64,000 bases of DNA from Lytechinus pictus (Eukaryota), in NCBI RefSeq assembly GCF_037042905.1, contig NC_087250.1:27964001-28028000 (forward strand). The letters are read 5' to 3'. The notes beneath the pieces were generated by a model. It searched no databases, was not told the DNA's origin, and saw only the letters and a list, made by a program, of their open reading frames with translations. The number at the start of each line of letters is the position of its first letter. Within the stretch, counting starts at the first letter, position 1. Below, in pieces: positions 63,935 through 64,000 of the stretch. A program made the position numbers and the translations under genes.

Positions 63935-64000
63935 TTAATATTTGATTTTTTTGGGGGGGATGGGGGTAGAGATATAAGACTTCCCAATTTGCCAAGTTAT

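Overview
Eukaryotic, AT-rich, transposon-dense animal DNA. The repeat families and gene type suggest a sea urchin or other echinoderm (inference). One host gene is visible on the minus strand: a family-B/adhesion-like 7TM receptor with EGF, somatomedin-B-like and Cys-rich ectodomain modules. Its exons are 62409-62519, 55091-57591, 53869-53971 and 31915-32123, and the 5' exons lie beyond the window. Its last intron (21.7 kb) is mostly a ~20-kb hAT element (32660-52667) carrying a decayed, intron-containing transposase and several nested insertions: a Harbinger element, HINE-like elements, MITEs, a satellite and a TGT...ACA foldback. Inside that foldback is a ~180-bp SINE whose head matches the 7SL/SRP RNA Alu domain, the most unusual item here. 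Other highlights: a very young non-coding LTR retroelement with a tRNA-Gln PBS (297-5363); two large foldback elements whose TIRs are G-rich 15-bp minisatellites (11270-14625, 16515-23979); a CR1/L2-group LINE and an RTE LINE, both with locally templated 5' junctions; and many TTAA-flanked MITEs. All calls were made by eye, without database searches.
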